Below, piece after piece: positions 11,501 to 25,675 of a stretch of DNA of 64,000 nucleotides. Made by a program: the position numbers and the translations under genes. Below the pieces are notes generated by a model that saw nothing but the letters and a program-made list of their open reading frames with translations, was not told where the DNA came from and ran no database searches. Every line of letters starts with the position of its first letter. The first letter of the stretch is position 1. This DNA is from Callorhinchus milii (taxonomy: Eukaryota): positions 24,988,001-25,052,000 of the forward strand of contig NW_024704743.1 in assembly GCF_018977255.1 (NCBI RefSeq), given 5' to 3'.

Positions 11501-11874
11501 ATGTACAACGGATATTCTGTCTGTGGTTCTGGAGTCAAGGGTGGAGGCAGAGAGGTAGAATTTGGGGTCATCCCTTCCATTTGGGTGAAAAACTGCCTCC
11601 TGATTTCACTCCTAAATGGCCTAGCTCTAATTTTAAATTTATGCCAATTGTTCTAGATTCCCGAGCAGAGGAAATAGTTCCTCTGTATCTATCGAATCCC
11701 TTTATTATTTTAGAAACCTCAATCAGATGTAACAATGAATTGTACAGTGGATTGTTTTACTAACAGCATAGGGGCTATATATTGGTCATACTCAAAAGGA
11801 GAAGATAGCAATCCAAGAAGCAAAAGGCACTGCTGTTATACAGTAGATATTATCCTATATAGTAAATATACAAT

Positions 11875-12255
11875 ACAATCCAAAATGACATTTGTAATGC
11901 ACCTCTCATGTTGGGAGGATGTCCCAAGGTGATGGACAATGAGGTATTTGGACCTGAGCAAGGGGGCCGGGATCGGGAGGGTGGAGGGCAGGGAGGGTAG
12001 GAGGGCAGCCGAAGGCTCCGTCGAAGAGGAGGGTTTTGAGACGCGCCTTGAAGGAGTCAAGGGAAGGAGGGAGTGAGGCGATGGGAACGTGGGATGGAGT
12101 TCCATAGGATGGGGACGGAAAGGCTGAAGGCCCAGCTGCCTGCCAGTGATGGAGCAAGCCGCACGAGGGATGTGGAGCAGGCCCTGTGGACAGGTTGATA
12201 AGGGGTCAGCAGGTCGCAGTGGTAGGGAGGGACAAGGCCGTGGAGGGCCTTGACA
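11875..12255 (-). mobile_element. L2 LINE 3' fragment
   Basis: KALHGLVPPY and FKARLKTLLFD motifs; L2 3' stem-loop. Confidence 0.85.
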
Positions 12256-13309
12256 GTGGGATTGTATGAATACCTTGCTTTGAGTGCTGGTGCAATGGCC
12301 TCCTTCTGTGCTGTAAATGTGTATGATTCTATGGACACTATTTAGAGCAGTGGAAGAGAAATCCTTTTAATTACAATGATTTCATTTCCACCTGAACTGC
12401 GTCAGAAGCAGTAACGCATAATACTATTGCCAAATGTGCATGTCTGTGTAAGTAGACAATCCATAAAGACACCTTTAAGTCATCAACTTTTCTGTTTTCT
12501 TTTCCTTCTTCCATTTCCACATTTCTTCAGTTATGTTTGGAGTCTAATTGGCCAGAAGCCCAAGAAATAAATAAATGGTTTAAAAAATTTGCCAAGAGAT
12601 TTAAGGGGCGGCAGCCTATAAGTCAATAAACATTCAGTGACCAGGGAAACAGCTTCAGTTGCTCCAATCTCCATGTGTGTCACAAGACCCTGAACTGCCA
12701 GTGGTATATAAGACTCCTTAAAAGGCAACTTAACCTAAGTTATTTTGGATATAGAGTCAAAGATCGCATACCACATCGATCAAGCTATACTTTAGTCAAA
12801 CTAAGCTTCGCACATAGCATGTGGGCTGTATAGTTTTTATTTAATGTAGATTATCTGTACTTTCTTGTTGTAAGATGACAGGGGACAGCAAGTTCCTGTT
12901 GCAAGTATTTCCTGTATTTAACAAGAAATTTAGTGGAACATTTTTGTTTAAATTTTCTTTATTTTCAGAGTCACTCCCTCCTCTCTCTCCTTTCATTTCC
13001 TCTGTGCATTTCACCGTCTGTCTTTGTCCCATCGATTGGCCAGACTATTTCTCCCCAGGACTTTGCCAGTACAATTCCACCTCGTAACTTTTCAGTACTA
13101 AAGCAAAAATTTCAGGTAGTGAGGTAAAACAATTCAGAGGTGTATAATCTTAATGAGCAAGGGTTATTCTAGAAATAATAATAATAATCTTTGCATTTGA
13201 TATAGCGCCGTATCACGTTTTTGAGACAATTTTGACATATAGCACACTGGACCTAAATGAGATATCACTGTTGGTTGATGATGTTGAGAAATAGTGAGAG
13301 GATAATCCC

Positions 13310-13500
13310 AAGGAAATATTTTGTTACTCAGAGGGTAATTAACAACTGGAATGAGTTACCAGGAAGAGTGGTTGAGGCCAGGATGCTGGACACATTTTTT
13401 AAAAAAACTTGATGCTGTGATGGGAGAATGGTAGAGTAGTATTCTGGAAAGATCAGATCAAATGAAGGTCTTCTTCTTCACCCACACATTGTTTATGATC
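13310..13500 (+). mobile_element. CR1 LINE 3' fragment
   Basis: TQRVINNWNELPGRVVEA...LDTF, typical CR1 ORF2 end; similar piece at ~15435-15550. Confidence 0.7.
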
Positions 13501-14065
13501 TTATAGTAATGTATAATAGTAATCCTTTCATATGACATTGTGCCTTACAGCATTGTCGACAAGTCTCAAAGGACTTCACAGGATTTATTGCAAAGTGGTG
13601 TGATTGTGTGTAGTTTGTTGATGTCTTCTAACCGCTTTGATGCTACCGGCATTCATACTTATGCCACTCATTTTATTGTTCCAATTTTTTCTCCTATTTC
13701 TAAGAACATCTCCAGTTCTCCGTGAATAATAGAAATATTCTTGATTTGCACAAGACTGTTTTGTAATCCTAATTCAAGAGTTTCTGTTTCTAGGTTCAGT
13801 TTAGTTAAGCAGTTACAGCTACAGATGCTTTGCTCTTTCGAGTATTATCATAGTGAAAGGCAAAATGTGACTTTGTTCTTCTTATTTGTTCTTGATGTTT
13901 ATGTCATATTGTAACTGAGTAAAAAAAGTGTTTGTTCTCAACCCTTGTGACTAAGTGGATGATTAAATGTAACTGGTCACACATTCAGTATTGCTGTAGA
14001 GAACAGACTAGTCCTTCTTAGAAACACAATGGTAAAACCATTGCTCTGCAACTCATCTTGGCTTC

Positions 14066-15030
14066 AACAACAACAACAACAAGATTCCATTTATAGAGCG
14101 CCTTTCACGTCAGGAGGACGTCCCAAGGCGCTGCACAGTTGGGTCATGACCCGAGCAGGGGGGAAATGGTCAGGGTGAGGGGAGGGAAGGGAGGGAGAGA
14201 GGAGGGGGGAAATGGTCAGGGTGAGGGGAGGGAAGGGAGGGAGCGAGGAGGAGGAAGAGAGTCGAGAGGGGAGCTGAAGGCTCGGTCAAAGAGAAAGGTT
14301 TTGAGACCGGCCTTGAAGGAGGAAAGGGAGGAAGCAAGGCGAAGGCACTGGGGGATGGAGTTCCAGAGCCTCGGGGCTGAGAGGCTGAAGGCCCGACCAC
14401 CGATAGTAGGGCGGTTGGGGCGGGGGACGTGGAGCAGACCGGAGCCAGAGGAACGGAGGGTACGGGCAGGTAGGTAGGGGATAGTAGGTTGGAGAGGTAG
14501 GAGGGAGCGAGGCCGTGAATGGCCTTGTAGGTGAGGATGAGGATCTTGAAATCAATCCTCTGGGGGATGGGGAGCCAGTGGAGGCGAGCGAGGGTGGGAG
14601 TGATGTGGTCCTGAAGCCTGGTGCGGGACAGTACACGAGCTGTAGAGTTCTGAATGACCTGCAGCTTGTGGAGGGAGGTGCCGGGAAGGCCGGCGAGGAG
14701 AGAGTTCCCATAGTCCAGCCTTGAGGTGACAAAGGCGTGAACCAGGGTTTCAGCAGCGTGAGGGGTGAGGTAGTGCCGTAATCTGGCGATATTCCGGAGG
14801 TGATGGAAGGCGGTGCCAGTTGTGGTGCGGATGTGAGGGAGAAAGGACAGCTCAGGGTCGAACAAAACGCCGAGGTTCCTGACTGGCTTTGAGAGGTGGA
14901 GAGTGCAGCCTTGGATGCTGATGGTGTCAGCGCCTGAGGTGCGGAGGCGCTGACGTGAGCCAATCAGGAGGGCCTCGGTTTTTCGCACGTTGAGCTGAAG
15001 AAAGTTGTCTCTCGTCCAGGACTTCAAGTC
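14066..15030 (-). mobile_element. Young L2 LINE, 5'-truncated (~1 kb)
   Basis: Long open ORF2 C-terminus (NFLQLNVRKTEALLIG...VRNLGVLFD...TSRLDYGNSLLAGLP...LHWLPIPQRIDFKIL), CpGs retained, (GTT)n tail. Confidence 0.95.
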
Positions 15031-15841
15031 CAGGACTGAATATCCTTGGGAGGTGGGTGGGGGGAGGGAGGAAGAAGTGGGGGGGTGGGGGGGCAGAGGA
15101 GGTAGGGGGGCGATGGAAGAGGGGGAGCAGAGGAAGGGGGGACGGAGGAATGGGGTAGCGGACGAAGTGGGGGTGGAGGAAGGGGGGTAGAGGAAGGTAA
15201 GCAGCTTTCTAACTAAGCATGTAATGGGAAGTTTGCCAGATAGTGCTCTCAATGGGAAGTTATATTAGTTTAGCTAGTTAAGCTCCATCAGTACCAAATG
15301 CACACTCTGGGGTCCTCAAGCCTTGGCTCTCACCAACTAACGCCGAATCCTCTTCAGAATTACGCAAACAAATTGCATCCCTCCAGGAGAGAGTGTGCAT
15401 TCCATTCCAAATACAGGGTAAGATATCATACAATTCCTTATTCAGAGGGTAATTCATGACTGGAACACGTTGGCAGGAAGGGTGGTTGAGACCAGGACAC
15501 TGGACTCATTTAAAAAGCAGCTTGATGCTATGATTGGAGGACGGTAGGGCTAAAGTTCCTTTATCCCACAGATATACAGTCAATTCACTTTACAGCCTAT
15601 TCTGTGAAGCGCTTTGAGATGTCGAGAAGATGTGAAAAGTGCTATATCAAATGCAAGGATTATTATTATTATTATTATTATTATCCACATCAATCTTGTG
15701 ATATGTGGAACTCTCAATCTGGTTTGGATACATTTAAGAATGATGTAGGTTTCTCATATCCCAGATACTTGCCTGACTGGAAAAAAATCCAAGACTGCTA
15801 CTGATGGATTTTTAAAAATATATTTATCATTGGATAATAGT

Positions 15842-16131
15842 GGAGTCCTGTAGCTCAGTGGTTAGAGCACTTGCCTCGCAAGCAAGAGACCTGGGTTTGA
15901 TTCCTGGCAGGGCGAAACCTTGGGCAAATTTCCCTACTCCACACTCCTGATAATAATCCCTCAAGAAAAGAAAACAATAATAAATTGGTCACTTCAATCT
16001 ACAACTGTTTGAGGGACACTGCTGTGTGCAATTGGCTGCCGCGTTTCACCCACAATTATACAGTCAATTCACTATACAGTATATTCTGTGAAGCGCTTTG
16101 AGACGTCTCGAAGACATGGATTATTATTATT
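15842..16131 (+). mobile_element. tRNA-derived Deu-domain SINE, short variant (tail type B)
   Basis: GGAGTCCTGTAGCTCAGTGGTTAGAGC head with A/B-box-like motifs, Deu-like core, (ATT)n tail. Confidence 0.9.
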
Positions 16132-17141
16132 GATTCTGAAATAGAAAACAATTTGCCAGTATGTTTTCCAAACCTGCATTATTCCTGTAAGTATCAACAA
16201 AGCACCTCTTTCATTCTCGCCAGTGGGATGTAACACCACAAGTATTATCTCCGTCACACTGGGAGTTGCAGTCACACTGGGTGCAGCAATTACATTGGGA
16301 GGTACAGTCATAGTGAAACTTTGCCTAACGTGACCGGTTGATGGTGATTCACAAAGATATTTAAGGAGTTATGTCAATGGCCCTAAAATTTTTGGGGAAT
16401 ACTGGCCAAGAGAACAGATTTCTCTAAAATTTGGACGACTAGCAGGAGGCAATAGCAGACTGTTAGCTAGGTAAGTTTATAAGAATAAAATGCACAGCTT
16501 GCAATGAAAGTTTAGCACTAGCAGTCAGTTCAGAATTTCACAAACCTTTTCATTAGGTTAGGCACACATCATTCAGGAGATGATCCCAATGGTTTTAGGC
16601 GATACTTGTGAGGGCACAGCTGGCCACTGGTGGTCCTCGGTTTAAATGAGGAGTATATTTTTTCTCTCTGTTTATGGTCCTGAAGGAATTCAGTCTAGAA
16701 ATTAAAGAAATCTCAATCCAATTCCTGATACGTTTTAGCAGCAAAGAACCTTGGTCATATTTGGCACAAAAGGCAATGAATTGGTTAATGTTCCATAGCA
16801 GATCTTAGCCCCCAGAGAATCTGAGAAATATGAGGGCTATTCACCTGAAGATGATGGATACACTGTATTAAGAAAATGCTATACTCAACTTAATGTTGTC
16901 ACTGAAAGTACATTGATATTTTAGCACTGTCATCCACTGCTTTCATAAACCTTCCAGATAATGTTTACGTACTACCAATTAGATTTTCTACCCGGGTTTT
17001 AGATTTACTCTTTTTTTAGCATTAAAGACTAATATTAAGATTGAACAGTTTTTTTAAAGACAATTTTCTGTACGCTTCTTTTAAGACTACCAAAAAAAGC
17101 TTCAAAATTAACACTGAATTCAACAATTTGCCAAATTCTGG

Positions 17142-17450
17142 ATAATTATAATCCTTTCATTTGATATAGCACTTTTCACATCTTTGAGTGTCTCAAAGCG
17201 CTTTACAGAATATACTGTAAAGTGAATTGACTGTATATTTGTGGATGAAACACGGCAGCCAATTGTGCACAGCAGTGTCCCACAAACAGTCGTGGATTGA
17301 GTGACCAAATTGTTATTATTTTTTTTATTGAGGGATTATTATCAGGCGTGTGGAGCAAGAAAACTTGCCCAAGGATTTGCCTTGCAAGGAATTGAACCCA
17401 GCTCTCTCACTTGCGAGGTGAGTGCTCTAACCACTGAGCTACAGGACTCC
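17142..17450 (-). mobile_element. tRNA-derived Deu-domain SINE, short variant (tail type B)
   Basis: Full-length reverse-complement copy. Confidence 0.9.
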
Positions 17451-19139
17451 ACATGCTCTTAATGCTAAGAAAATGCAGTGTCATATATATATATTTTCGT
17501 GCGTAATAATTGCTGTGGAAATCGTGAAACCACTACAGTATATGCAAAAATAAATCATTGCGTAATAATTTCCAAAGCAAAAAACAATCTACCAGCTGAG
17601 TGTGGGAAGCAGCTGGGCTGTGTGCAGGCCTTTTGAGAACGGTTTGAATTGTTCTTGCAAGGAGGGAGTGGGATTAATCGGATAGCTCTTTCAAAGAGCT
17701 GGCACAGGCACGATTAGCCGAATGGCCTCTTTCTGTGCCGTAAGATTCAACAATTCAATGATAGGTCGGCTGGTGCATGCTTGCACATAGCCCAGCAACT
17801 TCCCGCCCTAACAGATAAAGGTCTTTTTTTATTGCGTCCTGCTTTACCAATAAATTGACCATTTTCATTTCTTTTAATGTGGGCCATGGACCATCTGCGA
17901 GAATTTGTCGACACAACAAGATAAAAAAATCGGGGATTCCGCGAAAGTTTGACATGTGAAAATATTTACGATTACAGTAATTCTAGACCCAGATGGAATT
18001 TCTCCCCATACACATGGTTATATTGTTGATCTAAAGATGATGCAATCAAGGCCACAGGTAAATACTGTATCTACCTGAAACCATTTATCGTACTTCTAGT
18101 CTTGGCTGCAACAGTCGTATAATAACAACAATGCAATAACTAGTGCACACAATGTATTTATTGCATTTAATGTAGACAATAATCGGGTAATAAAGAATTG
18201 CAAGATAATGAGGCTAATGCTTTGCTTGTTAAAATAGTTATTGGTGTAGTTTAAAATAATTGCCATGGAAATGCCTTGGAGTTTAATATAGATTTCCAAG
18301 TACATCATCTATGTGTGAGAAGAAATTTGAAATAACAAAACACTTGAGATGTGCCTGCAAAAGGGCAGTGCTGATCAGTACCTTTTCCGTTAATGGGTTG
18401 ACCATCTAAATAATAGAGACTAAAGCAAGGAATTAAAATGTTACATATGAAGCCGTCCATTCTGTTCATGGAAAGACATTACATATATGTTTGATTTGGT
18501 TCTTAGCTCCTGCTCTGACCAAGAGTTGTGACTTTGCGAGGATAAGAATTACAAACAATGCTCTTTAGTTTTTGTGAAGTTTGTTAGGTGGGCAACTGAT
18601 GTTATGCAATGACTGAATAAGCTGTAATCTGTTTCAGCCAGGGTTCACTCAGTGTCACGCAAAATGAAATTGCTTAGTTCTCAACACTGATTCATTTCAT
18701 CCTGACAGAATGAGAACAAGTGCTCCATTTATTTCACACCAATCATGACCTGTCTCATGGAAATTAACGGTTTATTGTTACTGGATGATGGGATCTAAAA
18801 TGTCACATTTGCAAACTGGATTTGTCATGTTAATTGTGATTTCCAGTGTGTAAATATCGGATTGTGAAAATTACAAATGGAAAACAGATGCATAGATGAG
18901 AAAGAAAGGAAAAGGAGGGCTTGGGAGAAGAGATTAGGAGGGCTGGAGGCTTGTGTGGAGTGGAACCCTGCGCACACTAGTTGGGCCAAACGGCCTGTTT
19001 CTATGCTATAATGTTATATGTAACTTTAAGTAACTGTGTAAAAATTGAGCCCAGGCCAGCAGAAACAGATGATGAAACGTCAGTAAGAAATACACTACAC
19101 CAGCCATTTTGGTCACCAACCTTTTTTTTCAGACAAAGG

Positions 19140-19632
19140 ATTCTCCCCGGCTCCACCATCCAGAACAAGCTGCTGATCCAAAACTCTGCTGCCTGCGTAC
19201 TCACCCACACTAAACTCCATACCTTATCACACCAGTTCTAGTCAGGCTTCACTGGCTCCCTATCCTGAATGGATTAATTTCAAGATCCTCACGATCTTTT
19301 TCAAATCCCTTTGTGCGCTGGCACCTCGCTACCTCTCCGACCTGCGTACTCCGTAACCCACTACCTGCTGCCTCCGCTCGACTGGCTCCGGCCTTATGCA
19401 TGTCCCTCGTGCTCTCCATTCCACCAGCACTTTCAGCCACTACGCCCCGAAACTCTGGTACACTCTTCCTCTATCTCTCCTTCCCCATCTTCAGATCGCG
19501 CCTGAAAACCTTCCTCTTTGACTGTGCCTACGGTCACCCCCCGGCTCGGTATCGTGCTCTGCCACTGTCAAGCGCTCTGGCTGCTACCCTGCAAAAGGGG
19601 CGCTATATAAATGCAAGTTGTTCTTGTTGTTG
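19140..19632 (+). mobile_element. L2 LINE 3' fragment
   Basis: LIQNSAACVLT and FRSRLKTFLFD motifs; (GTT)n tail. Confidence 0.85.
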
Positions 19633-19984
19633 ATTCATGATTTTGCAGCCTTGAACTGTGTGATGTAACATTCATAAAGCAGCAGTTATGGTCAACCCAG
19701 TGAACCCAGCTTGTGAATGTTGCATTTTCAATCCGATGGTAAGGTGTCAGCTGGTGCTGGCTGTTATGCATGAGAACCAAAAAAAAGAGAGATTTTTTAA
19801 AAAAAGTATTAAATTCATAAATATGTGTAAAGCAGATCCCTACATTTACATACTTATGTGCAGATGCAGTGCTCCAATGACTGGTATCTGAATAACAGTA
19901 ACATTCTCTTTGGACATTTTTTTCTTCATTGAACTCAGCCGATTCAAACGGGACTCTTAACTCATATCGTGTTTGATGATGCTC

Positions 19985-20310
19985 CACTGCACTGTTCTGG
20001 CCAGGCTGCATTTTTTCAGGTGCTGTCCTTGTGGTGAGTCATTAAACCGAGGTCCAGTCTGCTTGTTCAGGTAGATGGTAAGGATCCCACAGAGGTATTC
20101 AAAAAGAGAAGAGAGTTTCCCGTGGTGTCTTGGCCAACAGTCCCCTGAATAAAACAATTGGTTATTCACTTCAAGGCTTTTGTGGTACATTGCTGTGGGT
20201 AAATTGGTCACCACATTCACTTACAAAACATGCAGACACTATAATTTACAATATATCTTGCAAAGTGCTTTGAGTCATCCTCCCAGTGTGACAGGCACTA
20301 TATCAAATGT
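19985..20310 (-). mobile_element. Old SacSINE1/AmnSINE1-like DeuSINE relic (orientation of the 5' part uncertain)
   Basis: TTAAACCGAGGTCCAGTCTGC...GGATCCCAC...GAAGAG...GGTGTCTTGGCCAA...TTGCTGTG...AAATTGG matches the Deu-domain layout, reading on the + strand as written. Confidence 0.55.
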
Positions 20311-20311
20311 A

Positions 20312-20640
20312 ACATAGAAATATAGAAATCTACAGTGTAGAAGGAGGCAATTTGGCCCATCATGTTTCTACCAGTTCACAGAACAAGACGATCAATGTAA
20401 TCCCTCTGCTCTGCATTATCCCCATACGCTTTCCAGCCCCTCTCTTTCATGTGGCTGTCTGCTTCCCTCTTGAAAGCTACAACAGAATCTGCCTCCACCA
20501 CCCGACCCAGCAGGGTGTTGCACATCCCAACAACTCTCAGGGTGAAAACATTCCTCTGAAGTTCTCCTTTCACTGTTCTCGTGATGACTTTATAACTATG
20601 TTCCCTAGTCACTGACTCCCCTGTCAAAGGAAATAATTCA
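20312..20640 (-). mobile_element. CR1 LINE 3' fragment
   Basis: ORF 20376-20627 KGELQRNVFTLRVVGMCNTLLGRVVEADSVVAFKRE. Confidence 0.8.
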
Positions 20641-22179
20641 ATGGAAATAATTCCATTGATACTTGTAAAGGATTTTAAAATTATATTGGATTAAAAATTT
20701 AAAATTGCACCGATCTTTCACGTAAAGGATGCTTCAAAGCCCCTTTGTAATGCACCTTTGGTAAATCCACTCACATTTGCAATCCACTCATGTTTCCTCT
20801 TTACACCCTCCCCCCATTTCCCACTTTTCTTGTTTTTCACTCAGTCCTTCGGGACATTATCCTACATGAAAGTTGCTGTATAAGTACAAGTTGTTATATT
20901 TCTGAGAAGCAATTTTGTTGTCTGGATTTATCATGTGCAAAGGTGCAACACTGAATTGTTGAAAAATAATTACAAAAAATAGAACTGCTGAAAACTTTGC
21001 ATATTTCACCACATGCCTATTCAATACCACCTTTCAGTTTGTTTTATTTCCTTCCCTATTAAAATGAATAAGAGCTTGTCTCTCACGTTGACACTCACAT
21101 GTGTCATTTCTGGAAACCACAAAATTGCAAAGTCCTTGTAAAGAGACAGTAATGTTCTCAACAAGATAATTTACTACAAGGAATCTGAGAATGAGTGCAG
21201 AAGACAGGTCTGGTGGTTGTGGAGATCCATTATGTGTGCCATACTGTGGTGAGAAATAGTTTGGGGTGCTTCCCACAGACAAAATTCTTGAACTTAACCT
21301 TGCTGTCAGCGGGAAGATGTTAAGCAGATGTAATTTATTCTTTCAGGGGTTAGAGGGAGGAAAAATCTGAGGTCAAATAAGGCTGTTCATTGTGTTTCCT
21401 ACCTGATAGGAGTGACAGTGGTGGAGGGCTAAGAAGAATTCAAATGGATGAGAAATGATAAGGAGACTTTAAAAAAGGGGAACAGAAAATGAAATCTAAA
21501 TTGAAAACAGGCCTAAAAATATTAATAATAAAAAGGAGTAGGGACAGTGCCACTTTAATTTCTTATTGTGCAAGATTTTTTCAGGAATTGGTAACCTCCT
21601 AACCCATCCAGATTCAACAACAACAACAACCTTTTTACATTTATCTAACGCCTTTCACATCAGGAGATTCAGTTAATTTAGTAAACTATCTCTGTCCTTA
21701 GTTTTTGAATTAAATGTTACAGTAATCCAGGGTTATTTAAATATCCATCACTAACATTTCATTTCTCATCAAGCTACAAAGAATTATGAGCCTGACAGTT
21801 ATTTATTACCGTCTATCTAAGTAAGCTCACTGGGCTATTGTACTGAGCTCCCAGTAGAAGGTGCAAAACAACAAAGTACACTTGTATAGCGCCTTTCACG
21901 TTGGGAGGATATGATAGAGTGATCACTGAAACCTGACTGTTATTGCAATGACAAGGAAAAACATTCTGGTTGCTGTTTTGAGATATTATTGTATTATGGA
22001 TTGGAAGCATGATCATCCAAGCAAAGATTAAATCTGTCCATTTGAAGCAGAGCAAGATTTAAGCAAGTTAGAAAATTACAGAAACCCAGGGGGCTGACAG
22101 CATCTCTTTTCTATCTCGCTGAATGTTCAAAGATCAAAGTTTAACTCTCTTTGAAACACAAATATTGTACTAAATATAG

Positions 22180-22545
22180 GTGCCCCACTGGCTCCCCATC
22201 CCCCAGAGGATAGAGTTCAAAATCCTCATCCTCGCTTTCAAAGCCCTCCATGGCCGTGGTCCTCCCTACCTCTGTGACCTGCTGACTCCATACCAACCCG
22301 TCCGTACAGTCCGCTCAGCAGGCTCTGACCTGCTGCATGCCACCCACCCCGTCCTGCCTGCCCCACCATCAGTGGTCGGGCCTTCAGCCTTTGCGTCTCC
22401 ACCTTTTGAAATTCCATCCCACAGTCTCTTCACCTTGCCCCCTACTTTGCCCCATTCAAGGCTCACCTCCAGACCCTCCTCTTTGACCGTGCCTTTGGTC
22501 ACCCTCCTACTTCCACTCTCTTTGCTCTCCACCCCTCCAGCTAAG
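22180..22545 (+). mobile_element. L2 LINE 3' fragment
   Basis: HWLPIPQRIEFKILILAFKALHG. Confidence 0.88.
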
Positions 22546-24569
22546 GTGCAAATACAATACAAAATTACACTACATAAAGCACCTTTCATGTCAGAAGAAT
22601 GTCCCAAGGCCCTGGACAGTCAGGGATTTGGACCCAGTGTGCTTTGAAACCACAAATTGTTTCTAGAGTCATACTTATGTTTCTATTGAGAAGAATAGAA
22701 ACATCTTTCAAATATAATATGCAAGCCTAGGAGCATGTTTCTAGTGCTTTTCTTTGTGAATAATCATTAATTGTCAGAATATTTCTGAGTCATCCTGCTT
22801 GGCTAACTGGAGCCAGCCTTGTTGCTTAATATTGTATCCTGTGAGCTGGCGAAAGCAATGCCAATGAGTAATTGGTACAAGGCAGACCGCACAATGACTG
22901 GCTCACATTCAGCTTTCTGAATCTGAGGGATTTCCTTGAGTGTCTTACTCACACTAATTCAATTGGCTGCCGCCTTTCGCCCACAAAATATACAGTCAAT
23001 CCACTTTACAATCTATTCTGTGAAGTGCTGTGAGATGCCTTAACGATAAGGCGCTTTATCAAATGCAAGGATTAATATTATGAGGAAAACCACATGATAA
23101 TGGACTGCAGGCTCTGTTGTTGACGTTGTTGGCTGCAAAACTGATAGAAAACAATCGGATTCACTGACTCGGGGTCTATCAGATGTAGCTGAGCTAACGT
23201 GTGGGGTTTGAAACAAGTGAGGGATTGTGAATTATATCGAAAAACCTGCTTTAATTGGATGATATTAACTATGTTATTTTGAACAAATATTTAAGAATCA
23301 ATCAAACAAAAGTTATGAATGAATTTGTGCAGTACTTAATATAATGGTTTCACTGCCACAAATTATATAGGGTGTTTGGCAAATAAACAAAGGATGACTG
23401 TCAGATACTCAGGCATAGTGTTCACATGCTAAAATAACAGAACTTCAGTCATATCAGTAAGATAAGTAATGTTAGACTCACTTATGGGAGGGGATGTAAG
23501 TATGTCATTAACAACTAGTGAGAAGGGTTGCAGTTGATTCCATAATGCTATCTTTGGTTAATTATATAAAGACCCCTGAGTGTGCTTGCACATAGTTAAC
23601 CTAACCCGCAAGTTGTCATTTAATGGACAGGTTTATAAATACAAGCCAAAGCAATTTTAACACCGGGTACTGACAAGATCTGTTTCCAAACCAATCATCA
23701 TGAATACAGATGAAGCAAAGATCAACAAAGCACAATCCATCATTAATTTTGTGCTGATAATGGCACATTACAAGAATAATTGCTAGAAAGCATATATTTT
23801 GATAGTATTGAATGAAGCATATGTGTCCACTATACTACTTAGATTTTTTTTAAACATAAATCATTCAGTCTCTACAACTTCCCTGCTGACGGTCTTAATT
23901 TGGAAACCTGTTCTTCTTGAGAACTGCAGAAAACAGCTTTAAAATTAAGCTGAATTTGTGATTTTTCTAAAATTATATTGATTTTATTTTCTAAAACAAA
24001 ATGGTCTTACAGGCTACGACTAGACCTTAAATGGTAAAGCTTCTTATCAATAGAAACATGAAAATGTATGAAATGATAGGAGGCTATTCATCCCATTTTC
24101 CACGTTCGTGTTTGCTCCTTCAAGACACTTTCTTATGAGATGGAAACATGTCTACCATTGTATTGTTAGCATTGAATCAACCTTTATCAGATGCTAAGTG
24201 CTCCGAGATGCCATCCAGTGTGAAGGGCGCTATATAAATACGTGTTGTTGTTGTGGACTTGCTACATACAATTTTAATTTCCTCACTTCTGGACATGTGA
24301 CACAAGTTTGTAGCTTGGAAATAGAATAGGTTTCCATTTATTTGTATTATTCTGCCTTGGTAGTTTCTTGCTGTAACACATAAAAATGTGTGAACCAAAG
24401 GTCAGATTTCTTAATGATGTAAATAAGAACTTTTATGTTTCAATTCAGAGAAAGATACTTTCCTGACTGGGAATCAAACCCAGTCTATAGCAGTGAAAGC
24501 ACCAAATCCTAACTACTGTACCATCGTTTGCATTTGTGTTGCACTTCTAATTTCCCCTACAGCCTCAGA

Positions 24570-24885
24570 ATATAAGATTATTCAAAGCTCTGCTGCCCGC
24601 ATTCTCACCCGCACCAAACTCCGCTCCCCGATTACCCCAGTCCTTGCCAGACAGCACTGGCTGCCTATCCCAGAGAGGATTGAATTCAAGATCCTCACCC
24701 TTGTTTTCAAATCCCTCCACTCCTCTGCACCCCCCTACCTCTCTGACCTCCTCTCTCCTCAAAACAGTGCCCGTTGCCTTCGTTCCTCCTGGTCTGGCCT
24801 CCTCCTTTTTACTGTAAAGTGCTCCGAGACACCATCCGGCGTGGAGTTAAATAAATCCATGTGGTTGTTGTTGTTCTTGTTGTAA
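24570..24885 (+). mobile_element. L2 LINE 3' fragment (internally deleted)
   Basis: IIQSSAARILTRT...HWLPIPERIEFKIL; tail. Confidence 0.85.
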
Positions 24886-25339
24886 CAAGCCACAAAAAAG
24901 AAAACGTTAGGATAGCTTGGTTTCTTTCCCCACTTCCAAATCCTCTACGTACTGAATAAAGAGCATCACCTGAGCACTGAGCTCTGAGACACCCCATTAC
25001 TTATTTCTGCCTGTTGAAGCTCCATATACAACTATCCATCTCTGCCTATGATTCAACCAATTTCCGATCCCCTTCAAAAGCCTCCCCATACCCTGCTTCT
25101 AACCCAATCTCCTGCATGGCATTGCGTAAAAAGCTTTATTAAAATATATAACATCCGCTTAGTTCTCATTATCACAAGATTTATTCTCTTCAAAGGATCC
25201 CAATAGGATTGTTATGCACAATCTTCCTCCAATAATGTCACCCTAAGTCTCTTTTATAATTCAATATTTCTCTACTTGATATACAGAAAAATCTTGATAA
25301 CTCATCACTCCAAGGGAAAAGGGTTCAGCAACTAATTAC

Positions 25340-25675
25340 CCAACAACAAATGACATTTGTATAGCGCCTTTCGCTTTGGGGGTTTGGGGTCAGGAGGGGT
25401 GGAGAGGTGGAGGGCAGGGAGCATAGGGGTAGGAGGTTGACCGAAGGTGGGGTAGGAGGGTGACTAAAGGCGCGGTCAAATTGTGTCTTAAGACATGCCT
25501 TGAAGGAGGCAAAGGGAGGGAGCAAGGCCAAGGGACTGAGGGATGGAGTTCCAGAGGATGGGGGCAGAGAGGCTGAAGGCCTGACCGCCGATTATTGGGG
25601 CAGGCCGTGCGGGGGACATGGAGCAGGCCAGAGCCTGCTGAGCGGAGGGAGTGGACAGATGGATATGGAGTGATC
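25340..25675 (-). mobile_element. L2 LINE 3' fragment
   Basis: FKACLKTQFDRAF; (CAA)n tail. Confidence 0.8.

Larger units (their letters stand above)
8891..11730 (-). mobile_element. CR1 LINE 3' end split into three pieces (~8891-9012, ~10346-10452, ~11570-11730) by later insertions
   Basis: CR1-type 3' UTR/ORF-end sequence resumes after each insertion; GTATCCCTTA duplicated at 9003-9012 and 10346-10355. Confidence 0.65.

Noticed and set aside
14170..15252. 360-aa and 311-aa (50141-51076) ORFs as host genes or autonomous retrotransposons
   Set aside because: 5'-truncated or internally deleted L2 ORF2 pieces with no endonuclease or complete RT.
17495..17980. Old DNA-transposon-like segment ending TTACGATTACAGTA
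   Set aside because: Only one plausible terminus and no matching TIR or TSD, so not supportable.
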